Assembly (NCBI GenBank): GCA_040390065.1
Contig: JAZJZE010000005.1
Location: 309,170-373,169 of the forward strand
Reading direction: 5' to 3'
Length of the DNA stretch: 64,000 nucleotides
From: a bacterium
Lineage (GTDB): Archaea; Thermoplasmatota; E2; JACPAO01; JAHFTW01
Positions within the stretch are counted from its first letter, which is position 1. Each line of letters opens with the position of its first letter. The position numbers and the translations under genes were made by a program. Under the pieces are notes generated by a model that was not told where the DNA came from, did not search any database, and saw only the letters and a list, made by a program, of their open reading frames with translations. Positions 19,257 through 30,991 of the stretch are shown piece after piece.

Positions 19257-20429
19257 ATGGCGGCCTCCTCAACTTCCAGCACTGTCTCGCGGGGCCTGGA
19301 AGGCATCATCGCCGCGCAGTCGGGCATCTGCTTCATCGACGGCGAAAAGGGCATCCTGTCCTACCGCGGCTACGACATCAACGAACTCGCCCCCAACTCG
19401 ACGTTCGAGGAGACGACGTTCCTGCTCTGGGAGGGCCGCCTGCCCACGAAGGAAGAGTTGGCCGCGTTCTCCGAGCAGATGGCAGCCCACCGCGCGTTGC
19501 CGGCGACCGCGATGCGCGCCCTCGTGCTGTGCGCGCCAGTGATGGGACCGATGGACGCCCTGCGCACCACGGTCTCGGCCCTTGCCGCCGACCGCAAGGA
19601 CGCCGATGCCTCCTCCGTCGTCATCGACCGCCAGAAGGCGGTCGAGTGCGTCGCCCAGACGGCCACCATCGTCGCCGCGTACCACCGCATCCGGAGCGGC
19701 AAGCCGCCTGTGGCGCCCGACTCGAAGTTGAGCCACGCCGCGAACTTCCTCTACATGCTCAATGGCGCCAAGCCGACCCCGGCGGCGGAGAAGGCCTTCG
19801 ACGTCGCCCTCATCCTGCACGCGGACCATGACCTCAATGCCAGCACGTTTGCGGCGCGCGTCACGGCGGGCACCCTCGCCGACTACCATGGCGCCATCAC
19901 GTCGGCCATCGGAACCCTGAAGGGCCCGCTGCACGGCGGCGCCAACATCGAGGTCATGAAGGCCTTGATCGAGATCGAGAAGACCGGCATGCTGGTCGAG
20001 AGCTGGGTCAAGGACCGCCTGTCGCAGAAGCGCAAGATCCCGGGCTTCGGCCACCGCGTCTACAAGACCCTCGACCCGCGCGCCATCCACCTCGAGCGCC
20101 TCAGCAAGTCGCTCAGCGAACAGGCGCACAACATGAAGTGGTACGACATGAGCCTGCAGTTGCAGAAGATCATGAAGGCCGAGAAGGGCATCGACGCGAA
20201 CGTGGACTTCTTCTCAGCCTCGATGTACTACGTCATGGGCATCCCTCTCGACCTGTACACGCCCATCTTCGCCGTCGCGCGCGTGGCCGGCTGGTCGGCG
20301 CACGTCATGGAGCAACACGGCGACAACCGCTTGATTCGTCCGTTGTCCGAGTTCACCGGAACGCTCGGCAAGAAGTGGACGCCCATCGAGAAGCGCACGG
20401 CTCCGGTACCGACGCCGCGGGCCGGCTAG
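19257..20429 (+). CDS. gltA: Citrate synthase (or 2-methylcitrate synthase)
   Basis: RGLEG, YRGYDI, HADHDLNAST, GPLHGGAN, GFGHRVYK, NVDF, LIRP. Confidence 0.92.
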   Translation: MAASSTSSTVSRGLEGIIAAQSGICFIDGEKGILSYRGYDINELAPNSTFEETTFLLWEGRLPTKEELAAFSEQMAAHRALPATAMRALVLCAPVMGPMDALRTTVSALAADRKDADASSVVIDRQKAVECVAQTATIVAAYHRIRSGKPPVAPDSKLSHAANFLYMLNGAKPTPAAEKAFDVALILHADHDLNASTFAARVTAGTLADYHGAITSAIGTLKGPLHGGANIEVMKALIEIEKTGMLVESWVKDRLSQKRKIPGFGHRVYKTLDPRAIHLERLSKSLSEQAHNMKWYDMSLQLQKIMKAEKGIDANVDFFSASMYYVMGIPLDLYTPIFAVARVAGWSAHVMEQHGDNRLIRPLSEFTGTLGKKWTPIEKRTAPVPTPRAG

Positions 20430-20452
20430 CCACGCCGTCGAGTCGAACGCCG

Positions 20453-20564
20453 ATTGGGTTCATTGGGCACGATGTGGTTCATCGTCCTCCCCATGGCCGG
20501 CAAACGGAACGCACCGAAGGCGTAGGGCAGAAACGATGAACCCAATGGGCTCGATGAAACCCAT
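20453..20564. repeat. About 33-bp imperfect inverted repeats, each arm made of two GATGAA(A)CC-type units
   Basis: Left arm 20453-20485 and right arm 20533-20564, with a 47-bp core. Confidence 0.75.
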
Positions 20565-20635
20565 GCGCGGCGGCACAGGCATAGCGCAACTATTTCCGCG
20601 CCGCCGGGATTTCCCGGGCTAGCCGGGATGATTCC

Positions 20636-21022
20636 ATGGTGCACGACCACAGCCACGCCGACCTGCTTGAGGAACTCACCAACCACTTCCAGCCAGTCCT
20701 GGACGAGTGCCCAGAGGGTGTGTACCTATGGCTTGGCGACCGGGAGACGGTCTGCAACGACCGCTTCGCCGACCTTCTAGGCATCACGCCGAAGGAGTGG
20801 GCCGACGAGCCCGACATCCTGGGACGCTTCATGGCGCCAGAAGACCAGGAGCGGTTCGCTGGCAACTTTGCCAAGGCCGTCGGGCACCTGCAAGGGCCGG
20901 TGCGCTTCAAGTTCACGGGCATCCGCAAGGACGGCAAGAAGGTCGCGTTGGAGACGGACATGATTCCCATCACGTTTGGCGGCCATGCGGTCGCCTACCA
21001 TTTCGTGCGGCCAGCGAAGTAG
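20636..21022 (+). CDS. Stand-alone PAS domain protein
   Basis: PEGVYL, CNDRFADLLG, PEDQE and RKDG, typical PAS/PAC elements. Confidence 0.8.
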   Translation: MVHDHSHADLLEELTNHFQPVLDECPEGVYLWLGDRETVCNDRFADLLGITPKEWADEPDILGRFMAPEDQERFAGNFAKAVGHLQGPVRFKFTGIRKDGKKVALETDMIPITFGGHAVAYHFVRPAK

Positions 21023-21075
21023 CTTCACTCGACCCACCCGACGGCTTAGGGGGCCACGGAGGTTCCAGCGGTCGC

Positions 21076-21828
21076 ATGCACCTGGTCGCCCTCGACACCG
21101 AGACTTGCGCACTCGGCCCGGGCCGCGACCGCGTCGTGCAGTTCTGCGCCGAGGAACTGGACGGCGACCTTCGCACCTTGTCGCGGTGGATCCAGCTCGT
21201 CCATCCGGGCCGCCCCATCCCCGCTTCGGCGACGGCTATCCACGGCATCACCAACGACATGGTGCGCGACGAGCCGCGCTTCGACGAGGTCGGGCCTGCG
21301 CTTCGCCGCCTGTTCCGGCCCGACAGCGTGCTCATCGCCTACAACGCCGGCTTCGACCACGGCGTGCTCAACATGGAATTCACGCGGTGCGGCATCGACC
21401 CCCTGCCGGACGACATGGCCGTCCTCGACCCTTTGCAGATCGAACGCCGCGTCACCAGCCGCAGCCTCGGGCCGACCTACAAGCGGTACACCGGCCACGA
21501 CCTCGCCAACGCCCACACCGCGGACGCCGACGTCGGCGCCATGCTGACTGTCCTGCGTTCGCAACGGCTGATGCATGCCGACCAGCTGCCGCAACGTCTC
21601 GAGGACTTGGTCGGGTGGCCTGGGCCCGACCCTCGGCCGCGGCGCGGTCGCCACTTGTTCAAGGATGCCGACGGCATCGTGCGTCTCGGGTTTGGCAAGC
21701 ACGCCGGCCGCGCGGCGCACGAAGTCCCAGACTACCTGGCCTGGATGCTGGAGGAGGACTTTCCTGAGAGGACGAAGCGCACAGCGCGGCGCGTCCTGGA
21801 AGAACGGACGTTGCCCGTCAGGCCGTGA
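21076..21828 (+). CDS. DEDDh 3'-5' exonuclease (DnaQ-like)
   Basis: ExoI DTET, IHGIT, ExoII YNAGFD, ExoIII AHTADAD, and a C-terminal FGKH...YLAW segment. Confidence 0.9.
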   Translation: MHLVALDTETCALGPGRDRVVQFCAEELDGDLRTLSRWIQLVHPGRPIPASATAIHGITNDMVRDEPRFDEVGPALRRLFRPDSVLIAYNAGFDHGVLNMEFTRCGIDPLPDDMAVLDPLQIERRVTSRSLGPTYKRYTGHDLANAHTADADVGAMLTVLRSQRLMHADQLPQRLEDLVGWPGPDPRPRRGRHLFKDADGIVRLGFGKHAGRAAHEVPDYLAWMLEEDFPERTKRTARRVLEERTLPVRP

Positions 21829-22096
21829 CGAGGATCTCTGCCTCGTCGCCGAGGATGAACTGCTCCTCGAGCCGGGCCACCGTGGCTTGGATGAGTTGAC
21901 AGGCCTCTTGGGCGCCAGTCAAGCGCTCGATTGCTGAGGCCGGCGCCTCCTGACCAACCGCTTCGTAGCCCCCCACGGCCGCCGCGGCCACCCGCAGGTC
22001 CTTGCGGGCCGCAAGAAGTTCACGCCGCGCCGCGGCCAGGGCTGCTTCGATTGCCGGGCTTTCGGGCACGCCGCGCGCCCGCACGTCCACGTTCAT
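21818..22096 (-). CDS. Small helical hypothetical protein
   Basis: Fills the gap between the exonuclease and bioD. Ala/Glu/Leu-rich; start uncertain. Confidence 0.45.
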   Translation of the reverse strand: MNVDVRARGVPESPAIEAALAAARRELLAARKDLRVAAAAVGGYEAVGQEAPASAIERLTGAQEACQLIQATVARLEEQFILGDEAEILVTA

Positions 22097-22164
22097 CTGT
22101 TGCACGACTCCACCTGCTGCGCCATTGGCGATTCGCCTCTTGACCCTTGCGCACCGAGCGCGCC

Positions 22165-22899
22165 CTAGCGGAACTGGGCTGGCGCCGCCAGGTTCTGGAT
22201 GCGCCACAAGTCGATGTTGCGCGCCACAGCCGGGACCATGCCCTGCCACCGACCGGCCCCGATGTCGACGTCGGGCCGATGCGGCAGGACGCCAAGGACC
22301 GGGAGGCCCGTCATGCTGGCGATCACTTCGGGATTCATGCGCTCGGCAATGGTCGGGTCATCCGGGTAGTCGTTGACGACGAGGCCGAGGATGGACAGAC
22401 CTTTCCGCCGCGCGTACTCGACTGTGAGGACAGTGTGGTTGATGGTTCCAAGGCTCGCACGGCAGACGATGACCAATGGCAGGCCCCACGTGAAGGCCAA
22501 ATCCGCCATCGTGAACCATGGGTCGCGAAGCAGCGGCACGGCGAGCCCGCCCGTGCCCTCCACGACGACGAGCTGTCCGCGCTTGGTCAACGACTCATAG
22601 GCCCGCTCCAGGACCGTGAGGTCGATGTGGATGCCGTCGCGTTGGGCCCCGACGGCCGGGGCAATGGCCTCGGACAACACGTAGGGAACGACCTCTTCGC
22701 GGCGCAGGCGCATGCCCGAAGCGGCCAGAAGGGCAGCCGCGTCCGGGGGCAACGAGGCCGACGGACCCTGCCAACCGGATTCGACGGGCCGGAAGGGCGC
22801 CGCTTGGATGCCACGCTCCCGCAGGGCACCAAGGATGCCGCACGCCACAGCCGTCTTGCCGACGCCCGTGTCCGTCCCCGTCACGAAGATGCCAGGCAC
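22165..22899 (-). CDS. bioD: Dethiobiotin synthase
   Basis: FVTGTDTGVGKT, VEGTGG, LGTINHT. SD-like GAGGTGG before the GTG. Confidence 0.94.
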   Translation of the reverse strand: MPGIFVTGTDTGVGKTAVACGILGALRERGIQAAPFRPVESGWQGPSASLPPDAAALLAASGMRLRREEVVPYVLSEAIAPAVGAQRDGIHIDLTVLERAYESLTKRGQLVVVEGTGGLAVPLLRDPWFTMADLAFTWGLPLVIVCRASLGTINHTVLTVEYARRKGLSILGLVVNDYPDDPTIAERMNPEVIASMTGLPVLGVLPHRPDVDIGAGRWQGMVPAVARNIDLWRIQNLAAPAQFR

Positions 22900-23084
22900 G
22901 GGACCACCTCGTTCTCCACGTCGGCACCCGGACGTTGGTCGCCCCTCATGGCCTTTGGGGCGGACCGCGCTCGGCTGGCCGTCGCCGTTAAGCCTTGTGC
23001 AGAGGGGATTAAGGCCGCGGGGACGGCAAGCAAGGGTAGGTCGATGCTATGCCGCCACACCATCCTGTTGTCCGTCGCTTTGCC

Positions 23085-23648
23085 ATGCCGCCCCTCGCCG
23101 CCGTCTCCCACCCCAGGGCGGAGTTGTACGATCACCAGGAAGGCCGTTGGCGCCACGTCGGCATCCGCTTCCTTGGAGCCGCGCGCCTCGCGCTCGGCGC
23201 AATTTTCCTGTGGGCGTTCCTCGACAAACTCTTCGGCTTCAGTTTCGCGACGCCACCGGCGCGAAGCGTGTTGCAAGGCGGCAGCCCAACCAAGGGCTAC
23301 CTTTCCGGCGCCGTCGGCCCCTTTGCCAACCAGTTCCATGCCATCGCGGGCAACCCCGTGACGGATGTCTTGTTCATGGCCGGTCTGTGCGGTGTCGGCC
23401 TCGCGTTGCTGTTGGGCGCCGGGGTGCGCATCGCCGGTGTGGCCGGTGCGTCGATGATGCTGTTCATGTGGCTGTCGCATCCGCCTTGGGCCGTCACACC
23501 GGCCGCCAGCCACCCATTCCTGGACGACCACATCGTGTACGCCTGTGTCCTGCTGGCCTTCGCCTTCCTGCACGCGGGGCGCGCCCTCGGCTTGGGCCGA
23601 GTGTGGCAAGGGCTTGCAATCGTGCAGCGCCACCCGTGGCTCGAGTGA
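23085..23648 (+). CDS. DoxX/DoxD-family membrane protein
   Basis: RLALGAIFLWAFLDKLFG, GGSPTKGYL, PFLDDHIVY. Confidence 0.82.
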   Translation: MPPLAAVSHPRAELYDHQEGRWRHVGIRFLGAARLALGAIFLWAFLDKLFGFSFATPPARSVLQGGSPTKGYLSGAVGPFANQFHAIAGNPVTDVLFMAGLCGVGLALLLGAGVRIAGVAGASMMLFMWLSHPPWAVTPAASHPFLDDHIVYACVLLAFAFLHAGRALGLGRVWQGLAIVQRHPWLE

Positions 23649-24056
23649 CTACCCGCCCTTTGTGGCGGCAAGCATCGCCATGGCCTTCTCGACGACTTGG
23701 ACGTGGCGCCCCTCTTCGGCCGCCAGCTTGACGAACAGGTCGCGCAAGGCAGGGTCGGCCAGGTCATCCTTGCGCCCGAGGTAGAAGCCCTGCGCCATGC
23801 GTTCGCAGTCGAGCATCGCTTGCAGAAGGTCGAGGGGAGTGAGGAGAACTTCCCGGGCCTTCACGTCGGCGTTGAGACGACCCAGCGCGGCCGTCAACGC
23901 AGCATGACCCGGTCCGCCCTGGAACACGGGCTGCAAGGATTCGCGGATGGGCCCGGGTGGGATGCGGCGCTCGAAGGCGCGTTCCAAGCCCTCGAAGGAA
24001 TCCTCCAACTGGTGGGCAAGGTACAGGAGGCGCAGGTCCTTCAGTTGCTCGTGCAC
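23649..24056 (-). CDS. Ferritin-like/rubrerythrin-family protein
   Basis: C-terminal 135 aa of track ORF 23649..25424. E-x6-Y and LAAEEGRH motifs. Confidence 0.65.
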   Translation of the reverse strand: MHEQLKDLRLLYLAHQLEDSFEGLERAFERRIPPGPIRESLQPVFQGGPGHAALTAALGRLNADVKAREVLLTPLDLLQAMLDCERMAQGFYLGRKDDLADPALRDLFVKLAAEEGRHVQVVEKAMAMLAATKGG

Positions 24057-24138
24057 GCCGGGGCAAGGCCCCTGCCTGATTTGGCCTTGCCTGGCAAGCC
24101 GCGACCTACTTGACGGGCCTCGTGCCATGCGATGCGCG

Positions 24139-26283
24139 ATGAACGGCGACCAGCCAGACGCCCGCCTGGCTGCAGGTTTCAGTCCCCGCGTCGTGGCCGT
24201 GGTCGGCGCGTCCCCGAACGGAGGCATCGGGGCGCAGGTGCTTGCCAACATCGTGGCGGGCGGTTTCACGGGGACCGTCTTTGCCGTGCACCCGACAGCC
24301 ACGGCCGTCGCGGGCGCCCGCGCCTTTGCCACCATGGGCGCCGTCCCCGGGCCGGTGGACCTGGCCGTCGTCTGCGTGCCGGCTGGACGGGTGGTCGATG
24401 TGGTGCGCGATTGCGGCCGCTGCGGCGTCAAGGCCGTGGTCGTCATCTCGGCCGGCTTTCGCGAGGCCGGAGAGGCAGGCGCCCGGCTGGAACGTGAATT
24501 GCGCGCAGCCGTGCGCGACGGGGGCATGCGCATGATCGGCCCCAACTGCCTCGGCATCATGAACATGGACCCGTCCATCCGGCTCAATGCGACGTTCGCC
24601 GCGACCCAAGGCCACGACGGCGGCGCGGCCCTCATGACGCAGTCCGGCGCAATCGGCATCGCGCTCTTGGAGCACACGGCGGCGACGCGCTTGGGGCTGG
24701 CCCGCTTTGCAAGCATGGGCAACAAGACCGACGTGTCGGGCAACGACCTGCTGCTGCTCTGGGAGGATGACCCGATGGTGAAGACCGTTCTCCTGTACCT
24801 CGAAAGTCTCGGCAACCCGCGAAACTTCCTGCGCATCGCCTCCCGCGTCGGCCGCAAGAAACCCATCCTCGTGCTGAAAAGCGGACGAAGCGAGGCCGGC
24901 GCGCGCGCTGCTGCGAGCCATACTGGCGCACTTGCGGCCTCCGACGCGATGGTCACGGCGCTGTTCTCCCAAGCGGGCGTGCTGCGCGCGGCAACGGTGG
25001 AGGAATTCCTCGACATCGCCCAGGCGCTGGAAGGGTCGGTCATGCCCCATGGTCCGCGCGTCGCCATCGTGACGAATTCCGGCGGGCCGGGCATCCTGGC
25101 AATGGACGCGTTGGCCGCGTCTGGATTGGCGCCAGCCGCCTTGTCGGAGAAGACCCAGAATGCCCTGCGACCGCTCCTGCCCGCTGCTGCAAGCCTCGCC
25201 AATCCAATCGATTTGCTGGCAAGCGGCGGCCCACGCGAGTACGCCACGACGATTGCTACCCTGGCAGAGGATTCGGAGGTCGACGCGATCATCGCCATCC
25301 ACACCCCGACAGCGTCATGGCCCGAGGCCGATGTTGCCCAGGCGCTCGTCGGATCCGCCCGCAACGCCGGCAAGAGCGTGCTCGTCGTGTTCATGAGCGG
25401 CACACGGCGGTCGCCGGGATACACGACGCTCCTCGAAGCGCACGTCGCGACCTACTCGTTCCCGGAGAACGCGGTGGCGGCACTCGGCGCCCTCGGCCGC
25501 CTCGACGGCTTCCGTCGCCGCGATGCGGGCGCGCATCCGGCCATCGGCGAGGACCGCCCCGCGGTGCGCTCCATCATTGCCCGCGTCGTCGCAGACGGCC
25601 GCGAGTGGTTGAAGCAGCACGAGGCCTTGGCGCTGGTCGCGGCGTACGGCATCCCAGTCGCACGCCATGCGGCCGTCACCTCCGTCGATGGGGCCGTCCA
25701 GGCGGCCGAATGGATTGGCTACCCCGTCGTCCTCAAGGCCGAATCGCCGAGGCTGCTGCACAAGAGCGACACCGGCGGCGTGCGCCTCGGTTTGAAGGAT
25801 GCGGCCGACGTGCGCGCAGCCTTCGCCGCAATGAAGCGGGACTTGGCAGGCCGCGGCATCGCATTGGACGAGGCGGTCGTGATGCAGCACGCCCCGACAG
25901 GGACAGAGCTCATCCTCGGAGCCACGCACCATGCCTCGTTCGGGCCCGCCGTGGCCTTCGGGCTTGGCGGCGTGCACGCCGAAGTCCTTGCCGACGTGGC
26001 CGTCGGCCTCGCGCCCCTATCCGACGCCGAATGCGGCCGGCTCGTGCGTTCCATCCGCGGTTGGGCCCTGTTGGCCGGCCATCGTGCGCCGCCGGCCGAC
26101 GTGATGGCACTCGAGGCCGCCGTGTTGCGCATCTCACGCTTGGCAGCCGACTTCCCGGACATCGCCGAATTGGACCTCAACCCGGTCGTGGCCTACGCGG
26201 TCGGTGGCGGCGCGCTGGCCCTCGATGCGCGCATCCGCATTGCGGCGGTTTCATCACCGTCTGCGGCCTCGCCGTCGCCGTGA
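24139..26283 (+). CDS. ADP-forming acyl-CoA synthetase, fused alpha-beta subunits
   Basis: VAVVGAS, IGPNCLG, QSGA, SMGN, phospho-His in SHTGAL, TNSGG, NPIDL, ATP-grasp HKSDTGGV, ELDLNP. Confidence 0.9.
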   Translation: MNGDQPDARLAAGFSPRVVAVVGASPNGGIGAQVLANIVAGGFTGTVFAVHPTATAVAGARAFATMGAVPGPVDLAVVCVPAGRVVDVVRDCGRCGVKAVVVISAGFREAGEAGARLERELRAAVRDGGMRMIGPNCLGIMNMDPSIRLNATFAATQGHDGGAALMTQSGAIGIALLEHTAATRLGLARFASMGNKTDVSGNDLLLLWEDDPMVKTVLLYLESLGNPRNFLRIASRVGRKKPILVLKSGRSEAGARAAASHTGALAASDAMVTALFSQAGVLRAATVEEFLDIAQALEGSVMPHGPRVAIVTNSGGPGILAMDALAASGLAPAALSEKTQNALRPLLPAAASLANPIDLLASGGPREYATTIATLAEDSEVDAIIAIHTPTASWPEADVAQALVGSARNAGKSVLVVFMSGTRRSPGYTTLLEAHVATYSFPENAVAALGALGRLDGFRRRDAGAHPAIGEDRPAVRSIIARVVADGREWLKQHEALALVAAYGIPVARHAAVTSVDGAVQAAEWIGYPVVLKAESPRLLHKSDTGGVRLGLKDAADVRAAFAAMKRDLAGRGIALDEAVVMQHAPTGTELILGATHHASFGPAVAFGLGGVHAEVLADVAVGLAPLSDAECGRLVRSIRGWALLAGHRAPPADVMALEAAVLRISRLAADFPDIAELDLNPVVAYAVGGGALALDARIRIAAVSSPSAASPSP

Positions 26284-27302
26284 AGGCGGCCTTCTTCGAA
26301 CGCCATGGCGGACTGGACGTCCTTCAAGTCGGCGAGCTTCCCAGCCGCGGCCTTGGGGCGGGCGACGTACGCGTCAAGGTCAAGGCCTGCGCCCTCAACC
26401 ACCTCGACCTGTTCGTGCGCGAAGGTTGGCCTGGCCTGTCGGTGCCGCTGCCGCACGTCGGCGGGACCGACTTGGCCGGGGTCGTCTCCGAGGTGGCGCC
26501 GGGCGCGGCGCGCGTGCGCGTCGGCGACGAGGTCATCGTGAACCCGGGCCTCAACTTCGCCGCAGGTCCTGACGGCGAGCAGGTCATCCCGCCCAACGTC
26601 AGCATCATCGGCGAGACGCGCTGGGGTGGCCTGGCCGCCGACTGCGTCGTTCCGGCCACGCACGTCCTGCCGAAGCCCAAGGCCATGTCGTGGGACGAGG
26701 CCGCGGCGATTCCCCTCGCGAGCATCACGGCGATGCAGATGGTGCGGCGCAAGGCCCGGGTCCGTCGCGGTGAACGCGTCCTCGTGGTCGGGGCTGGTGG
26801 TGGCGTCGCGGTCATGGCGGTGCAGTTGGCCAAGCAGGCTGGCGCCTGGGTGTGCGCCACGACCGGCGGCGCGGACAAGGTGGCGAAGGTCAAGGCCCTC
26901 GGCGCCGACCACGTCATCGACTACAAGGCCGAGGCCGACTGGTCGAAGGCGGCGTACCTCGCGACCAAAAAGCGCGGCTTCGACGTCGTCATCGATTCCG
27001 TCGGCCAGGCCACCTTCCAACACAGCGTGCGCAGCCTGGGACTCGGCGGCCGCCTGGTCACGTGCGGGGCGACGACGGGGCCGGCTGGGCAGATGGACCT
27101 GCGCCCCATCTTCTGGAAGCAGCTGTCCATCCTCGGTTCGACCATGGGGATCCCATCGGACCTTTCCGACGCCGTCGGCATGTGGCAGCAGGGGGCCCTG
27201 AAGGTCCCCATCGACTCCGTGTGGCGCCTGGAGCAGGTCCGCGATGCGCAGGCCAAGATGGCCGCAGCCGGCCAATTCGGCAAGATCGTGCTCCACCCGT
27301 AA
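26280..27302 (+). CDS. MDR-superfamily NAD(P)H oxidoreductase (quinone/enoyl-thioester reductase-like)
   Basis: ALNHLD, GTDLAG, GAGGGVA, FGKIVL. No 4-Cys structural Zn lobe. GTGA overlap with the upstream gene. Confidence 0.88.
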   Translation: MKAAFFERHGGLDVLQVGELPSRGLGAGDVRVKVKACALNHLDLFVREGWPGLSVPLPHVGGTDLAGVVSEVAPGAARVRVGDEVIVNPGLNFAAGPDGEQVIPPNVSIIGETRWGGLAADCVVPATHVLPKPKAMSWDEAAAIPLASITAMQMVRRKARVRRGERVLVVGAGGGVAVMAVQLAKQAGAWVCATTGGADKVAKVKALGADHVIDYKAEADWSKAAYLATKKRGFDVVIDSVGQATFQHSVRSLGLGGRLVTCGATTGPAGQMDLRPIFWKQLSILGSTMGIPSDLSDAVGMWQQGALKVPIDSVWRLEQVRDAQAKMAAAGQFGKIVLHP

Positions 27303-27456
27303 CGGCCAGGGCCCAAGCTACGCTATTAAAACCGCCCCGGCCCATCAACGCTTATAACCGCGCCCCATGGGCGAAAGCAGGCAGACGCAAGCCGCCGGCG
27401 CCGCCGGCCCATTGCAGAAGCCCAATCTGGTGGCATCACCAGGGATAGAAACGGCA

Positions 27457-28907
27457 ATGGCAACCACCGAAGCGATCGCTGCCGACCTTGCGCAGCAATC
27501 CTACAAGTACGGCTTCTCCAGCCCCATCGAGTCGGACACGGTTCCGCCCGGCCTGTCGGAGGACGTGGTGCGCCTCATCTCGTCGAAGAAAGGCGAACCC
27601 GAGTGGCTGCTGGAATGGCGCCTCAAGGCGTACCGGCATTGGCTTACCATGAGCGAGCCGACGTGGGCCAACATCCACCACGATCCGATCGACTACCAGA
27701 AGATCACGTACTACTCGGCGCCCAAGAAGCGCGCCGGAGGCGACAGCCCGAAGAGCCTTGCCGAGGTCGACCCGGAACTCGTCAAGATGTACGAGAAGCT
27801 CGGCATCAGCCTGAACGAACAGGAGCGCCTGACGGGTGTCGCCGTCGACGCCGTCGTGGACTCCGCGAGTGTGGCCACGACGTTCAAGAAGCAGCTTGGC
27901 GAGATGGGCATCATCTTCTGCAGCTTCAGCGACGCCGTGCGCGAACACCCTGACCTGGTGCGCAAGTGGGTCGGCTCCGTGGTGCCGACGACGGACAACT
28001 ACTTCGCCGCCCTCAACTCGGCGGTCTTCTCCGACGGCTCCTTCTGCTATATCCCCAAGGGTGTGCGCTGCCCACTGGAACTGTCGACTTATTTCCGCAT
28101 CAACGCCGCTGGGACCGGCCAGTTCGAACGAACGCTGATCATCGCCGACGAGGGCTCGTACGTCAGCTACCTCGAAGGCTGCACGGCGCCCATGCGGGAC
28201 GAGCACCAACTGCACGCCGCCGTCGTGGAACTGGTCGCCTTGGACGACGCCGAGATCAAGTACAGCACCGTGCAGAACTGGTACCCCGGCGACGCCAACG
28301 GCAAGGGCGGCGTCTACAACTTCGTGACCAAGCGCGGCAAGTGCATCGGCCGCCGCAGCAAAATCAGCTGGACGCAAGTCGAGACCGGCTCGGCCATTAC
28401 GTGGAAGTATCCCAGTTGCATCTTGCAAGGCGACGATTCCGTCGGCGAATTCTTCTCCGTCGCCGTGTGCAACCAATACCAACAAGCCGACACCGGTACG
28501 AAGATGATCCACATCGGCAAGAACACCACGTCGACCATCATCTCCAAGGGAATCTCCGCGGGGCATGGTCAGAACACCTACCGCGGCCAAGTCAAGATCA
28601 TGAAGGGAGCCGATGGTGCTCGCAATTACTCGCAGTGCGACAGCCTGCTCATCGGCGACAAGTGCGGCGCGCACACCTTCCCCATGATCGACGTGCAGAA
28701 CCCGACGGCCGTCATGGAACACGAGGCGACGACGTCCAAGGTCTCCGACGACCAGATCTTCTACCTGCGCCAGCGCGGCATCGGCGAACAGGACGCCATC
28801 AGCCTCATCGTCAACGGATTCTGCAAGTCCGTCTTCCGCAAGCTCCCCATGGAATTCACCGTTGAAGCCCAGAAACTGCTGGACGTCAAGCTCGAAGGCG
28901 CGGTGGG

Positions 28908-28911
<4 letters not shown>
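27457..28911 (+). CDS. sufB: Fe-S cluster assembly scaffold SufB
   Basis: [42 protein letters not shown]. Confidence 0.97.
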
Positions 28912-29651
<740 letters not shown>

Positions 29652-29653
29652 CG

Positions 29654-30991
29654 ATGGCCCAAGCCGCGCAGTCCCAGACCGCCGCCCCTCACCAGGCCTA
29701 CGTTGACGCGAGCAGCGACCTCGCGCAGCGCGGGCCGGGCTTCGTCCGTGAGGCGCGCGCCCAGGCATTGCGCACCTTTGCCGCACGCGGCTTCCCTACG
29801 ACGAGGGAGGAAGCATGGAAGCACACCTCCATGCGCGCCCTGGCCGCGACCACGTTCCGCCCCCTTGCCCATCCGGCGCGCAACCTCGCCGCCGCGGAGA
29901 TTGCCGCCTACCGTCTGCAAGGTGCGCATGAACTCGTGTTCGTCGACGGCCACTACGTCTCCGGCCTGTCCACGTTGCTCGAGCTGCCGCGTGGCGCGAC
30001 CGTGCAGAGTCTCGCCGCGGCCCTCCTGCGCCCAACGGAAACTTTGGAGCATCACCTCGCAAGGCACGCCGACAACGACCTGCCGTTCGTGGCCCTGAAC
30101 ACCGCATCGTTTGCGGACGGCGGCTTCGTCCACCTCGCGGCCGGCGTCGAGGTCGAGCCGCCCATCCACCTCCTGCACGTCTCGACGGACCCGCGAACAC
30201 CCGGGGCGTCGCACGTGCGGCACCTGCTCGTCGCCGGACCGCACGCACGGGCCACTGTCGTGCAGTCCTTCGTCGGTTTGCCGATGGGCGACGCGTCCCT
30301 GACGACGGCCGTCACGGAGATCGTCGCCGGCAGTGGGGCACGCATCGAACACCTTCGCCTGCAACGCGAGAACCTGCACGCCTTCCACGTCGGCCACGTG
30401 GCCATCCGCCAAGACAATGATTCGTCCGTGTCCGACCTGCTCTTCTCGGTCGGCGCCGCGTTGGCCCGAAACGAGGCCCACGTGGTGCTTGGCTCCCCTG
30501 GCGCCGAGGTCCGCCTGGACGGGTTGTTCCTCGCCTCGGGCAACCAGCACGTCGACAATGCCACGACGGTCGAGCACGCTGTGCCGCACACGACGAGCCG
30601 CGAACTCTACAAGGGCGTCCTGGACGGCGCGTCGCGGGGCGTCTTCCTTGGCAACGTCAAGGTGCAGCCGGACGCCCAGAAGACGGTGGCCGAGCAGACG
30701 AACAAAAACCTCCTGCTGTCGACGCGAGCCCTCGTCGACACGACGCCGCAGCTGGAGATCCACGCCGACGACGTCAAGTGCAGCCACGGCAGCACAATCG
30801 GGCAGATCAGCAAGGACGCCCTCTTCTTCCTGCGCAGCCGCGGCATCGGCGAGGAGGAGGCCCGCATCATCCTGACCCAAGCCTTCGCGCATGACGTGCT
30901 GGAGCACGCCCCCGCGCGGCTGCGCGGCCTGCTCGACGAATTGCTGGCCCAATGGTTCGCGTGCCGCAAGGTCCAGGGGGCGATGGGATGA
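29654..30991 (+). CDS. sufD: Fe-S assembly protein SufD
   Basis: [29 protein letters not shown]. Confidence 0.95.
   Translation: MAQAAQSQTAAPHQAYVDASSDLAQRGPGFVREARAQALRTFAARGFPTTREEAWKHTSMRALAATTFRPLAHPARNLAAAEIAAYRLQGAHELVFVDGHYVSGLSTLLELPRGATVQSLAAALLRPTETLEHHLARHADNDLPFVALNTASFADGGFVHLAAGVEVEPPIHLLHVSTDPRTPGASHVRHLLVAGPHARATVVQSFVGLPMGDASLTTAVTEIVAGSGARIEHLRLQRENLHAFHVGHVAIRQDNDSSVSDLLFSVGAALARNEAHVVLGSPGAEVRLDGLFLASGNQHVDNATTVEHAVPHTTSRELYKGVLDGASRGVFLGNVKVQPDAQKTVAEQTNKNLLLSTRALVDTTPQLEIHADDVKCSHGSTIGQISKDALFFLRSRGIGEEEARIILTQAFAHDVLEHAPARLRGLLDELLAQWFACRKVQGAMG

Noticed and set aside
23649-25424. 591-aa minus-strand ORF
   Set aside because: Mostly antisense to the acyl-CoA synthetase. 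Only the last 135 aa look like a real ferritin-like protein.
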